A stretch of 64,000 nt of DNA from the human T2T-CHM13v2.0 reference genome, Homo sapiens: NCBI RefSeq assembly GCF_009914755.1, contig NC_060929.1; one strand, given 5' to 3'. The notes under the pieces are model-generated. The model made no database searches and had not been told where the DNA came from. It saw nothing but the letters and a program-made list of their open reading frames with translations. The position numbers were made by a program, and so were the translations under genes. Shown here in pieces: positions 1 to 15,616 of this stretch (its first letter is position 1; the number at the start of each line of letters is the position of its first letter).

Positions 1-3000
1 AGGGAAGACACAGAAGCTGGGCTGAAGGGGAAGAAAGCTGGGAACCCTGAATGGAACTACCATGCACTGGGACTCATTCCTGACCCACAATGGCTCTGGG
101 GGAATAGATGGGTTGAACTGGGAAGGAGAAACCCGCTCTCACCATGGGCCTCTGGAACCCTAGTAGGAGACACCTTGACCACCATGGACACTTGAGTTGG
201 CAGGGAGAGCTGCTTAGAGAAGTGGTAGGGGCAGCAAGTCAGCTGATGTGGAGCCCAGAGGGTTTGGTGCCGGAATGTCTATAGCAGAGCACAGCCAGGG
301 ATAGCCATCTGCCTAGGCTCAACTTGCTCCCATAGGAGACTTTAGCCCTTAGGGAACTGTCAGACCTGATCTCTGCAGGATGCTCTTGCCCATCAGAAGA
401 TGCTGGTCTGACCTGAGTACCTATTGGTCTGTTGGCCTCTCCCAGGGCCCCAGCCTGACCACACCTGCTTTAATGGCAGCCTTGGGTGTCCTGGGGACCT
501 GCACCATAGCTTCTATGCTGGTGGACCATGCCTAACCAGCAAAGATCTCCAGAAGGGTGGCCCTATGGCCATGCACCAAACTGCCCTCTCCCTCCCCATA
601 CTGCAGCTTTTCCCAGGGCCTCGAAAACTCTCCACATCACTTTTCTGGCACCTGTCTGCACAGGCAGGTCTTGCTTTCCTTGCCCTGCCAGTGTGGGAGT
701 GCACCTCACCCCTCTTCCCCTGCTGATCGCCTTTGCAAACAGAGCCTTGGCAGGCACAGAGCCATCCAGCCCCACCCCGACCAGTGTCCCACAGTTGCAC
801 TAATGCTGTGCAGAGAACAGCAGATCCTACCCTGCCCTGAGTGATCACTCCTGCTTGCAGGGCACAGAGAAGGCACCCAGACCTGTGTCCGCCAGTGCCC
901 TCCTCCCGAGCAAACACCAACTCCAGTGAGACTGTGTTCAAAATTGCCAGCAGGGACTCCCCACACCCCCTACAGCTGCATTGCCTTTGCCTCTGTGGTG
1001 AACACCTGCAGGGAAGCAGGCACCCTGGGAACTGGTAGCACTCTGTTGCAGCTGCCATACCTCAGCCCCACAGTACAGTGGATTCCTAATCTCAAGGAGC
1101 CAGAGAACAAAGTTGGGGCCCAATACAAGCTCCCCAAAGTTAGAGCATGCAGTACGGGAGTTGAAAGCTGAGTGTTGGCTCCCTAAAATCCTCTAGAAAC
1201 CAAGCCAGTCAGCTGAATCCACCTTAAATCAAAATCAAACCCTCAAGGTCATAGGATAAAAGAAAAAGAAACCCACCCAAAGGTCGGCAACCTCAAAGAT
1301 TGAAGGTAGATAAGCCCACAAAGATGAGAAAGAATCACCACAAGAGCCCTGAAAACTCAAAAAGCCAGAGTACCTTCTTTCCTCCAAACAACCACATCCC
1401 TTCTAAAGCAAAGGTTCTGAACCAGGCTGAGATGGCTGAAATGACAGAAACAGAATTCATAATATGGATAGGAGTAAAGATCATTGAGCTACACGACTAC
1501 ATTGAAATCCAATCCAAGGAAACTAAAAATCATGCTAAAACAATGCAGGAGCTGACAGACAAAATATCTAGTATAGAAAAGAACATAACCAACATAATAC
1601 AGCTGGAAAACACACTATAAGAATTTCATAATGCAATCACAAGTATTAAGAGCAGAATAGACCACGCAGAGGAAAGATTATCAGTGCCTGAAGACTGGCT
1701 TTCTGAAATAAGATAGTCAGATGAGAATAGAGAAAAAAGAATAAAAAGAAACAAAACCTCAGAGAAATAATAAATTATATAAAGAGACTGAATCTATGAC
1801 TCATTGGTGTCCTTGAAAGAGATAGAGAAAATGGTACTAACTTGGAAAACATATTTCAGGATATCATTCATGAGAACTTCCCCAACCTAGCTAGAGAAGC
1901 CAAGATTCAAATTCAGGAAATGCAGAGTACCCTAGTAAGATACTTCACAAGATCATCCCCAAGACACATAATCGTCAGATTCTCCAAGGATGAAATAAGA
2001 GAAAAAATGTTAGAGGCAGCTAGAGAGAAATGTCAGGTCACCTACAGAGTGAAGCCCATCAGATGTAACAGCAGTTCTCTTAGTTGAAACCCTGCAAGCC
2101 AAAAGAGATTGGGGCCAATATTCAACATTCTTAAAGAAAAGCAATTCCAATCCAGAATTTCATATCTGGCCAAACTAAGCTTCATAAGCAAAGGGGAAAT
2201 AAAATCCTTTACAGGCAAGCAAATGCTGAGGGGATTCATTCCCACCAGACCTGCCTTACAAGAGCTCCTGAAGGAAGCACTAAATATGGAAAGGAAAGAC
2301 CATTATCAGCCACTACAAAAACAAAATGAAGTGCACAAACCAGTAACACTATAAAGCAACCATATAAATAAGTCTGAAAAATAACCAGCTAACATCAGGA
2401 TGATAGAATCAAATCCACACGTATCAGTAACAACCTTGAAAGTAAATGGGTTAAATGCCCCAATTAAAAGATGCAGAGTGGCAAGCTGGATAAAGAATCA
2501 AGACCAATTGGTATACTGTCTTCAAGAGATCCATTGCACATACAATGACACACATAAGGTCAAAATAAGGGGATGGAGAAAAAGACACCAAGCAAATGAA
2601 AAAACAGAAAAAAGCAGGAGTTGCAATCCTAGCTTCAAACAAAACAGATTTTAAACCAACAAAAGACAAAGAAGGGCATTACATAATGGGAAAGGGTTCA
2701 ATTCAACAAGAAGATTTAACTACCCTAAATGTATATGCACCCAACACAGGAGCACCCAGATACGTAAAGCAGGTTCTTAGAGACTTTCAAAAAGGTGTTA
2801 GACTCCTACACAATAATAGTGGGAGATTTTAACACCCCACCAGCAATATTAGACAGATCATCAAGTCAAATCAGGAATGTAATCTCATTCACAATTGCCA
2901 CAAAAAGAATAAAATACCAGGAATACAGCTAATGAGGGAGGTGAAAAGGCTCTGCAAGGTGAACTACAAAACACTGCTCAAAGAAATCAGAGATGACCCA

Positions 3001-3230
3001 AACAATTGGAAAAACATTCCATGCTCATGGATAGGAAGAATCAATATTATTAAAATGACCATACTACCCAAAGCAATTTATAGATTCAATGCTATTCATA
3101 ATGAACTACCATTGACATTCTTCACAGAACTAGAGAAAACAATTTTAAAATTCTTATGCAACCAAAAAAGAGCCTGAGTAGCCGAGGCATTCCTAAGCAA
3201 AAAGAACAAAGCTGAAGGCAACACACTACC
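1..3230 (+). mobile_element. Old primate LINE-1 (L1PA13-16-like): 5'UTR, degenerate ORF1, start of ORF2, with a large internal ORF2 deletion near 2865
   Basis: ORF1p fragments (1300-1620 MAEMTETEFIIWIG; 1842-2087 ENIFQDIIHENFPNLAR; 2109-2354). ORF2 endonuclease fragments (2400-2830 LNVYAPNTGAP) and a post-RT fragment (2932-3177 [14 protein letters not shown]). Multiple stops and frameshifts. Confidence 0.92.
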
Positions 3231-3591
3231 TGATTTGGCTGTGTCCCCACCCAAATCTCATCTTGAATTGTAGCTCCCATAATCCCCATGTCATGGGAGA
3301 GACCTGGGGGTGGGGGGTAATTTAATCATGGGGATGGGTTTTTCCCATGTCGTTCTCATGATAGTGAATAAGTCTCGAGAGATCTGATGGTTTTATAAAG
3401 GGCAGTTCCCCTGCACATGCTCTCTGTTGCCTGCCACCATGTAAGACATGGCTTTCTCCTCCTTTGCCTTCTGCCACGATTGTGAGGCCTACCCAGCCAT
3501 GTGGAACTGTGAGTCCATTAAACCTCTTTTTCTTTATAAATTACCCAGTCTCAGGTATTTCTTTATAGCAGCATAAAAATGGACTAATACA
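3231..3591 (+). mobile_element. THE1B-like MaLR solo LTR
   Basis: Starts (tga)tttggctgtgtccccacccaaatctcatcttgaattgtagctcccataat and ends ggactaataca, matching THE1 consensus termini; internal text is closest to THE1B. Confidence 0.88.
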
Positions 3592-4290
3592 ATACTATTT
3601 TAAAATTCTTATGGAACCAAAAAAGAGCCTGTGTAGCCAAGGTATTCCTAAGCAAAAAGAACAAAGCTGGAGGCATCACACTACCTGATTTCAAACTGTA
3701 TTACAGGGTTACAGCAACCAAAACAGCATGGTACTGATACAAAAACAGACACATAGACCAATGAAACAGAATAGAGAACCCAGAAACAAGGCACACACCT
3801 ACAACTATCTGATCTTTGACAAACCTGACAAAACCAATGGGAAAAGGATTCCCTATGGTGCTGGGAGAACTGGCTAGCCATATTCAGAAGACTAACACTG
3901 GACCCCTTTCTTCACCATATACAAAAATTAACTCAAGATGGATTAAAGACTTAAGTGTAAAACCCAAAATTATAAAAAACCCTGGATGACAACCTCAGGC
4001 AATACCATTCTGGACGTAAGAATAGGCAAAGATTTCATGACAAAGATGCCAAAAGCAATTGCAACAAAAGCAAAAATTGACAAATGGAATAGAATTAAAG
4101 AGCTTCTGCACAGCAAAGGAAACTATCCACAGAGTAAACAACCTATAGAATGGGAGAAAATTTTTGCAAACTATGCATCTGACAAATGTCTAATACCTAG
4201 AATCTATAAGGAATGTAAACAAATTTACAAGGAAAAAAACCATTAAAAAGTAGGCAAAGGACATGAGCAGACACTTTTCAAAAGAGGACT
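3592..4290 (+). mobile_element. Continuation of the L1 ORF2 3' region, 3'-truncated
   Basis: L1 ORF2 C-terminal text (ORF 3986-4246 GKDFMTKMPKAIATKAKIDKW). Ends at acacttttcaaaagaggac without a 3'UTR. Confidence 0.9.
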
Positions 4291-4320
4291 CCCATGCTTG
4301 TTGTAACTCTCTCACCTATT

Positions 4321-4393
4321 TCTCTCTCTGTCTCTGTCTCTCTCTGTCTCTCTCTCTCTCACACACATACACACACACACACAAACACACACA
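4321..4393. repeat. Compound (CT)n(CA)n microsatellite
   Basis: Directly visible. Confidence 0.9.
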
Positions 4394-4537
4394 CCACTCC
4401 CAAGAAGACTGTAGTATTTTCTAAAATTTCTGGCTCATAAGAGTCACTCAGAACGTGTACAAAAGCCAGACCTCTAGCTCCACTTCAGAATTGTGAAATC
4501 AGAATCTCCAGGGAAGGGGCCTTAGAACCTGTGTGTT

Positions 4538-4917
<380 letters not shown>

Positions 4918-5700
4918 CTAGCACCTGATTTGAGCTCATGAGACAATCTGAGCCAAAGAAGCTCATGCGTAAGCCCAGTGTTATAATATTGGTAGAATCA
5001 TGTCCAAAGAAGCAAATAGACCAGAGGGAGAGTTTCACCTGTGTACCATGGCAGGGGAAGAGGAAAGACAATAATAATACCTATGAAAGGCATTAAAACT
5101 GTTCACAGCGGTGGAAGGCTGTGAAGACCACAAACCTTACCTCCCATTTATCAGTGCCCCCATTTTATTTTATGTTCATTGCTTCTGGGCTTCATAAAAG
5201 GCTCCACCTCTCCCTGGGCCTCAGACTACTCACTTGACCAAAACCACTGGAGGAGTGGGGCAAGAAGAGGCAAGAAGAGAGGAATAGCTGAGTGTGTCAT
5301 CTGTGCCGAAGTCATAACCACTTTGTGTTCTATCACTTCAGAAACTTGGTGGCATTAGAGGAATTTTCAAGTAACAACAGAGGCCTGTTACTAGCCCTCA
5401 GGAGCAATGATTTGTGTTGGAAAGATGCCATAAGTTTGGAAAACTGCTCACATTATGAGCCTTCAAATCTCATGGAAAAAAATAGTAAAGGGATGGGGGT
5501 TAGAGGGATGGGGGTTAGAGGGATGGGGGAGCCAGAAGCTGAGAAGGAACTGAGAAGCTGTTAGTTTATCAATCTGCAAATCTGGAGCCAGGCCAAATTT
5601 GGTAGCTGTCAAATCAAGTATGCACCTAAATTAAAAAGACATATCCATCTGTAATGATTCATAAGAGGGCCCTTATAGAAATTCAACTTATAAAAATTCA

Positions 5701-6036
<336 letters not shown>

Positions 6037-6637
6037 TTATGCTACAATTGGGGGAGGAGTTAACACCTAACCATATTTCATTTGGCACTTATTTATAACA
6101 TGTATTGTAAAGTAAATAGTTATTTTAGAAATTGAGGACATTTTGGTACTATTGCTAAACCTGGGGAACATATAATTAGTAATAATAATAATTGCCTGTG
6201 TAGCATAGACTCTAGGCTAATTACTGTATGTTTGCTGTCTCATTCAGTCCCCAGTCCTCAGAACAGCCCTCGGAGAGAGTGACTATCTTTATGTCCAGTT
6301 TATATACCAGCAAACTGGTGCTTGGAGATGTTAGATTACTTTCCCAAGCAGAATGCTTTCGAGAGTTCATATGGCCAACAACTGTGCTCTTCATCAACTC
6401 TAGCTGTTTTATTGGTAAATTTCTTGGACCTGTATCCCACTTCTTTAAGGTGCTTTCCTCATTTCTGTGTATACCAACATCTCCTCCTCCCAGCTTATCC
6501 TGATATTCACTGTGACTCTTTCTGCTCCTTAGTTCAGACACACTCAAATGTTGCTATTTAAATGGTGCTTTGTTGGTGTGTTACACCATCTTCACTAGCT
6601 CCCAAGCTACCTGGGGGCTGAGATCATGTCATATTAG

Positions 6638-6974
<337 letters not shown>

Positions 6975-8574
6975 CTTTCCTGATCTCTCTAAGTAGCAGA
7001 TATTCGTTAGACAATTATTAAATACATGTTATGTCACTGGAGGTTATAACACTTGTTATTCTAGCTGAAAGAATGAAAAAATTACTAATTAGGGCATTTT
7101 AAAAACCAACCAACTTATTTTGCTATTAAAATCTGATATTCTCAGTGAAACAGTTTTCAGACACTAGAGTTTATGGCTCAAGATTATTTTGTTATTAGGA
7201 GAAATAAATTTAAAAGAACCTACAAGCTTGATGGCCCATATGTAATGAAATATACATTTCGTAAATCATTTCATTGTCAATCTCTGCTTAGTCAACCTCA
7301 TCTTGCCAGTAGTTAATGGCAAGTCTATTAACTCTACTAAGAAGTAATGATTTGAAAAATGAAGATTGATTGAGCTGCAGTATCTTCAGATAACCATTTA
7401 TCATCACTAATTACACTTCTGACTTTGTAACTATTTCAAGGTAATTTATAGGAACTAAATTCATTATTCACAAAAACCAATGACAGATGTCAAGGATAGA
7501 GGGTTACAGCCCAGCAGGTCTCACTAATCAGCATTTCCTTTCTCCAGCTTGCCTGTTGCTCAATTTATGCCCGATCTCCATGATCTTAGGTAAGCATTAT
7601 TCATAGTAAGTCTTAACAGAGAAAGAAATCTGAAGGCAGTTTTCAGAAAATCACAAACAACCTCTACCGTTCAGCTCTTTCAAATAAAATATCAAAAGTA
7701 AGTTTCCTTGCTTTACTTCAGTTAGAAGAATTTTTCCAAGGTATTATCAATGAAACAGGTCACAGTGCTCTTTGAGTTACCTAAGCGGGCAGCTAAGCTC
7801 CCCGTTGCATCATTAATGACATACACAGTGAGATGTCCCTTTTAAGAGCTGCTATTTAATCACTCATAAAATGATTGTTTCTTTCTGTATCTTATATAGT
7901 GAAAAGTAATTGTCTTCAGTGGAACACCAAAGCAGGTGGCTTTTTGATGGGCTAGAATCCAGTCTTTTGCCGTTCACACCCCTACTTCTGTGGAGTCTAC
8001 TTTGGTGGAGGTTTTAAAAGGTCATGGCTTTATATATATTACACCCTAAGTGTTGCTTTTGTATGTGTTCAACTTGCCACTTAGTAAGTCACCATATCTA
8101 GATTGTATCTGCTAAATTAAATCAATTCGATATGCAAAGATGTCACAGGTTTGACCTACTGAAATGTGAGTGTGTATGTGTGTGTAATTTAAAAAAAATC
8201 TTTATTAGATTGGAGTGTATTTTTTAAAAGCACAAAATATATGGAGGAGATCTAATTTTGTTCACAAGAATAGTACACATGAAAATATATCTCCCTGCTA
8301 CAGACAGAAGTCATGCCTTTTATTTTATTTTATTTTATTTTATTTTATTTATTTATTTATTTTTTGAGGATGGCACGGGGGAAAATTGTGCAAGAACAGT
8401 TAATCCCAGAGAAAATATCTCTGTTGGAACACTAGCAAGGTCAGTGTTCCCTTAGTTATTCACTGTCAAATGTCAGTCTGATTGCAAATAATAGATTAGT
8501 CTTGTATGTTGAAGGTCTCTGAATATCTCTGTATCTCAAAGTTGTTCTCGACTCTGTATGATCTAGACTTCAAG

Positions 8575-8786
8575 AGCAGATGCCAAAGCAGTGGATGTCT
8601 CTTAAAACCACTTTTGCTGAAAAGAGGATTCCCCCTTTTATGTGTCCCTAGAAAAAGGTATTGGGTAATGCTGCTGACACCGTGATTTTGTACTTCTGGC
8701 CTCCAGAACTGTGAGAATAAATTTCTGTTGTTTTAAGTCACCAAGCTTTTGGTAATTTGTTATGGCAGTGTTAGGAAACTACTACA
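8575..8786 (+). mobile_element. MLT1-family MaLR LTR, 3' fragment
   Basis: ctggcctccagaactgtgagaataaatttctgttgttttaag...ggaaactactaca is typical of an MLT1 3' end. Confidence 0.75.
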
Positions 8787-8958
8787 GGTCAGTAACATTG
8801 TCTTTATAAATAAAGTGTCTATAAGCATCACCTCCACCATCTGATATCCAAAGACTCCTCTGAGGATGGCTACTTTATCAAGAATTGGTGCCAAAAATTA
8901 AAAATCAACTTCTCCTCTTAAGGATTCATGACATGAAACCTAAAATAAAATGTTTATA

Positions 8959-9419
<461 letters not shown>

Positions 9420-9609
9420 TGGTTAACTCTTATTCATCATGGATGACTTGGGTCAAATGTAACTTCTGTAAAGCCTTCTCTGACCTCACACCCTGCTTCA
9501 TATTCCCACTGGACCATTATACCAGTTCATGTTTGTATGTTGCCTCTCCCACTAGTCTGTAACTCCTTGAAACCGGAAACCTCTCTTATTAAAAATGAAA
9601 AGTTCAGTC

Positions 9610-9800
9610 TCTGGAAACAGACAGCCCAGATCCACACCTAACACCAACAAGCACTGCTGTGTACCTTTCAGCAATTTTATTTAATCTCTCTAATCCTTGA
9701 TTTTCTCATCTATAAAATGGACATAATACTAATACCTACCTCATTCAGGTATCTCTGAAAATTAAATAATAGACATGTGAAGGATATATCTATTACATGG
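9610..9800 (+). mobile_element. MIR
   Basis: MIR core: tttaatctctctaatccttgattttctcatctataaaatggacataatactaatacctacctca. Confidence 0.75.
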
Positions 9801-11031
9801 TAAAGACCTATGATTATTAGCTATTATCTGTTTTTATAAACTTTGCATATCCAGTATTTAGCATTCTTTTGAGCAATGAAAAGGTGTGCAATAATGTTAA
9901 GTTGAATGTAATCAGAAAGACTTGAACTGAGTTGAAATAGACTGAAGCCAAGTTGGTTAGGACGGAAAGTGGGACAAGAAAAAAATGAAGGCACAGATGG
10001 AGAAAGAGGTAAAAACTGTACTGAAATTTGCAATCTTCAATGTGCTGACTGGACATAGAGAACACAATAAGGAGGGGATCAAAAGTGACTTCAATGATCC
10101 CAATTTGTGGATGTATGGTAATGCCATTGCTCATTGCAAGAAATATGAGAGGGAAAGCAGATCTGTATGCAAAGATAAAGAATTCCATACAGATCTTTCC
10201 AAACATTCCAGTTTCAGTTGTTTTGAATCTGAGGTGCCAGTGAGATAGCAAAGTGTAAATGTCCACTGGGGCTAAATGTAAGGGTATGGAAAGCAAGGTC
10301 ATGCTCTGGTAGGGAGAATTGTATTGGAGCTGGAGGAAGATTGCTTCAGATGGAGACCCAAGGACAAGAAGAATAGTGAAGCCCTTGGCTTTCTGCTCTT
10401 TCATCACATCTGCTGCTGGTCCTGTCTCCAGTGTGAGCCTCAAACATTTTCATAATCAGAGTCAAGGATTCTACGCAACACATCAAAGTGAAAGAAAAAT
10501 TTATTTATTTCTAGATCTGTATCTATTCATCCACCTTCCCATAATAAAGCTTCCATGCCTTCTAGATTTGAATCCTGACCAAAATATTAACCTGAGAAAC
10601 CCAGGAGACACACAGCCTAAAAATTGACTATCAGGATGCTAGTGACTTTACCTGTGTGGACAGTACATTTGAGAAATTAAAATAAGTTTGTTTCTTGGGT
10701 GTCCTATACTTAATTTCTTTTTGAAAGACCTTATTTAAAATCCACTATCTTTACTTATTGAGAGTTAGAGGAACCACATGAATGAATTACTTTACTGCAC
10801 CACTGCAGCTGAAGGTATGGAGGTGGGGTTGGTGAGGTGAACAAAGTGGCCCAACCAAAACACTCTTGGTTTTACTTTAATAATGAACTGGATTAACCCG
10901 GAAATAAAATGCCATGGAAAAAAGCTAAGAACTGAATCCATGAGCAGATTGAAGGGGCTTTCCTTAAGCCATCTTAAGGAATTGGTTTAGACTATAGACC
11001 AAGTCTAAACCAATCTCACCCTCCTCACTGA

Positions 11032-11472
<441 letters not shown>

Positions 11473-12244
11473 TAATGTTCTATTATTGTCTTATTTTGTT
11501 ACAAATGGGGATATACTCATCAGAAAACACAGACAGCAAAAATAAATTTCTTAACATCCATAATCCTATACACCCAAAGATATCCAATGTAAACTCTTTG
11601 TTGTATAGAGTTTGTTTTTCTTATAAAGATCTAGACAGATGTGTATAGACCTAGATCTACATAATAGATTATAGCTATAGATATAGATGTATTTACAGAT
11701 ATAATTACATTTATAAATATAGACGTAGCTATGTTTATAGATACAGATATCTGTATATTTGCAGGGCTAACTCATGCAGCAGCAGAGGGTGCTGAGAGTA
11801 AAGGCACTTTATTCGGTGGATGGGGCATATTTTGACTCATAATCTGCCTTTTTCATTCAAATTAAGACACACTTTGTTTAATCCTAAATTCTTTCTAGAT
11901 TCTTGGTTGTTCCCCACCACCCCCAGTCCAGCTTTGCCCTCCCCAACTAGAGTCCATCCTTAGCTGTGGCCTCTCCAGTGAACCCAGCTCTGCTGTGGGT
12001 AACCCAGTCCAGGGAGTCCTCAGATTTTCCTACCACAGAGAACTGGCTGCTCCTGTTATGTCTGGGATGAAGGGAACAAGGCCTGCTAATTTCAAGCCAG
12101 TACATTCAACCAGCAGCTCTGGTTTCCTCTTACCCTCTCATACACTGCATGATCCTTGAATGTGTTTTCCAATGGCAAAGATTCTTTCCAAAATAAGGCT
12201 GAGTGGAGTCTTAGATGTAAAGACAGAAATACTAACAATACACT

Positions 12245-12410
12245 AAACATTGAGTGTTATCTATAAAGCTGAGGGCTTTATAATTAACCCTTAAAGCAAC
12301 TTCTTAAGGCAAATATTGCTATTATCCCCAGTTTACAGATAAGAAAACCAAAACTTAAAGAACGATCTGAAGTTTGATTCAAACCCAGGATTGCCTGACT
12401 CCCTAACATG
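12245..12410 (-). mobile_element. MIR
   Basis: attatccccagtttacagataagaaaac...gattcaaacccagg. Confidence 0.7.
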
Positions 12411-14617
12411 AATCACACTACACTGCTTCTGTCTGCGGGAGTGTCTCGCAGGAGATTTCGCAAATGCCCACGACATGGATTCTGTGTTAAACTCCTCTTT
12501 CCCAAGGCTTCAGTTCTTTCTGGCTGAGCACGAGCAAGGTCTGCAGCTATGCAGAAGCATCTTGGTGAAGGGAGGCAGGACCCCTGCTGAGCAATCGTGT
12601 ATCCACCACAAAAGTGCTGGTGGCGCCAGCTTAGTAAACTTAGAGTTACATCTTTCTCCCTGAGATGGTTCAGAAGTTTGGCTTAGTGATCATCATTTGA
12701 ATGACAGAAATTCTGTGTACCTGATGGCTTGGGTAATCATCTTCAGAGTGCTGAATGCCAGGCTTGGCACTGAGCCGGGTGGGGCTTTACCTAGGCTAGC
12801 TTGACTCAGGGTGCTTTTTCCCCAAAGGCCATTCCTCTACGGAAGACTTAGCAAGTATATGAAAAAACCCTGAGTCAGGCCAGTTTGTATATATAATCTA
12901 ATATTGTCAAAATAAATTGATTTGGAATGAAGAGCTTCCTGTTTCTGCAGATCATTTTCCTTTGTTGAGGATCATCTGAAGCTCCGTTTTTATTAACTTT
13001 TATGAGCACCTTCTCTCCTGTTCTCCTGTCAACAGATTGTTGATATTGGCCCTGATTGTTCCATGTATGGGTAAATGTGAACCTTGTTCTCTTAAATCCT
13101 AGTTTGATAAGAACTAACAGGAAACCGAAAAAAGAAATTAAATAAAAAGTGTAAGTCCTGGGTACGTTAGCAATGCAGAATCCAAAATAGAATATGGAAT
13201 AAGGTAGTCAAGAAATTAGCACATTTGTATCTCATCATACAAATCTTACCACTTGCCCCCAGATTTTTAAATAATGAGCCCATGAAGGAGCGCCTAGATT
13301 TAACAGTGAGATCCAATTATAAGGGTAGATATTAGGAAATAGTTACCCAAGCAATGACCTTAAAGGGAGAGGATGCAGAAGCATGGATTCCAGCTGACAC
13401 GTGGAAACCTCCCTTTTCCTCATGAAAACTGCTTCAGCAACCCAGAAGAATAAACTTTATTCAGGGAAGGAACACCTTTTCTACTGCAGCTGAAGGTGTG
13501 GAGGTAGGGATAGTGAGAAGGCAGATATTTCATAAGAAGGAATCCTTGGGTTTCGGGGATATCATACATGACGGCTTTAATTTTTTCTATGAAATAAGGT
13601 GCAGAGGAGATGGGGAGGGTAGCTTGAAGAGAGTAGTGAAAGTCTGGCCCCGGTAGAGAAGGAGAGGGGATCTGAAAAAGGCAATTTTTTAAAGGACACA
13701 GAGCACTCTGAGGACCAGTCTGGGTTTGGAGACCCTGAATGTACAGGGGCAGCAATAAGTAGTGGAGTGACATACCAAAGTAAGAGACAGCAGAGAATCA
13801 GGATGATCCACTTGTGGAAATTGGAGAGACAGGTGCAGCAGAAAGACAGTGGTTCAAGAGACACAGCCCATATTTAGTTTGGATAAGGAAGGAAACAAGC
13901 CACAGGTGAGGATATTCAATGGGAAGGGAAAGGAGCATTTAAAGGGCTGGTGTATTGAAATAGAATGAGGTTGAATAACAAACACTGGGGTCATGAGAGG
14001 CAGAGAACAGAAAGGATAGAAAGTTGGTTAACAATTGATAAAGGAGAGCTTAAGATATTAGAGGAGGTGGAGCTCCTCTTGGTAAGACCAAGGTTGGATC
14101 TATCAAGGAGAATGGGTAACTGAGGCAGAGAGAACATAAACTGTTGAAGATGCCAGAATCTTGAGGCTAGTTTGTTGAAAAAGTGGACCAGCAGGATTTG
14201 AAGACACCTATAATGATGACAATGCTTTCTTTTTTCTTGTAATATTGTATCATTATTTTATGGCATGCCTTCTTGTTATAAGCCATTTCCAAAACTTGTG
14301 GAGCAAGGAAGAAAACAAATAAAATAGGAAGAGAGCCAGCGAGATCAACAAAATATGAAAGTCATCACTGGATATAGGAAGTGCCCAAAACTATGTGAAT
14401 TAGGTAGTTGAGGGATCTTAATTTCTTAATATTTTGGGGATTTAAAAATCTGCTCTTCCGGGCTATGGATTCATTGAAGGGAGATCTATGACTTATCATC
14501 TGTGCATCCTATTATGGTTCTGAGCACAGCTGCCTACACAAAGCTATTGTTCAGTAAAACTTCGTTCATGGAATTAAGTTTGCAAATGGTTCTAATGCAT
14601 CCTTAGATGTTCATATA

Positions 14618-14947
<330 letters not shown>

Positions 14948-15305
14948 TAATGCTCAAGCGTTCACATAATGATTTCTACATGTGCAGCTTTAGCCCACTT
15001 GCATATTTGGAGGGTTCCGGATGGTAAAGAGAGCAGGTGTGGATGCTGCTGAAGACAGATAAGATCTCCTATAGCTTCTAGACTCCCCCCACCCCTCCAG
15101 TACAGGGCTCAGAACTTAATAAATGCCAATGAGTCCAAGATTAGAAAGATGACTCCCCACCTTGCACAGATTCTGCTTCTAACTAACTAGACATTGGGAA
15201 GCAATGACGATCAGTATTAACAGGAGCACAGACTCTTCTAAGCATCTTCAGTACTGCTCACAGAGTCAAGCTCAGACAATGCTTTTTTTGTTTGTTTTAA
15301 GATTA

Positions 15306-15616
<311 letters not shown>

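Noticed and set aside
424-1171. Cluster of overlapping ORFs
   Set aside because: They lie in the GC-rich L1 5'UTR and have no recognisable product.
8317-8375. (TTTTA)n/(TTTA)n run followed by gaggatgg, a possible Alu tail remnant
   Set aside because: No TSD or further Alu sequence; treated as a simple repeat.
9817-10443. 208-aa minus-strand ORF
   Set aside because: No recognisable domain; overlaps degenerate L2-like sequence; likely a chance ORF.
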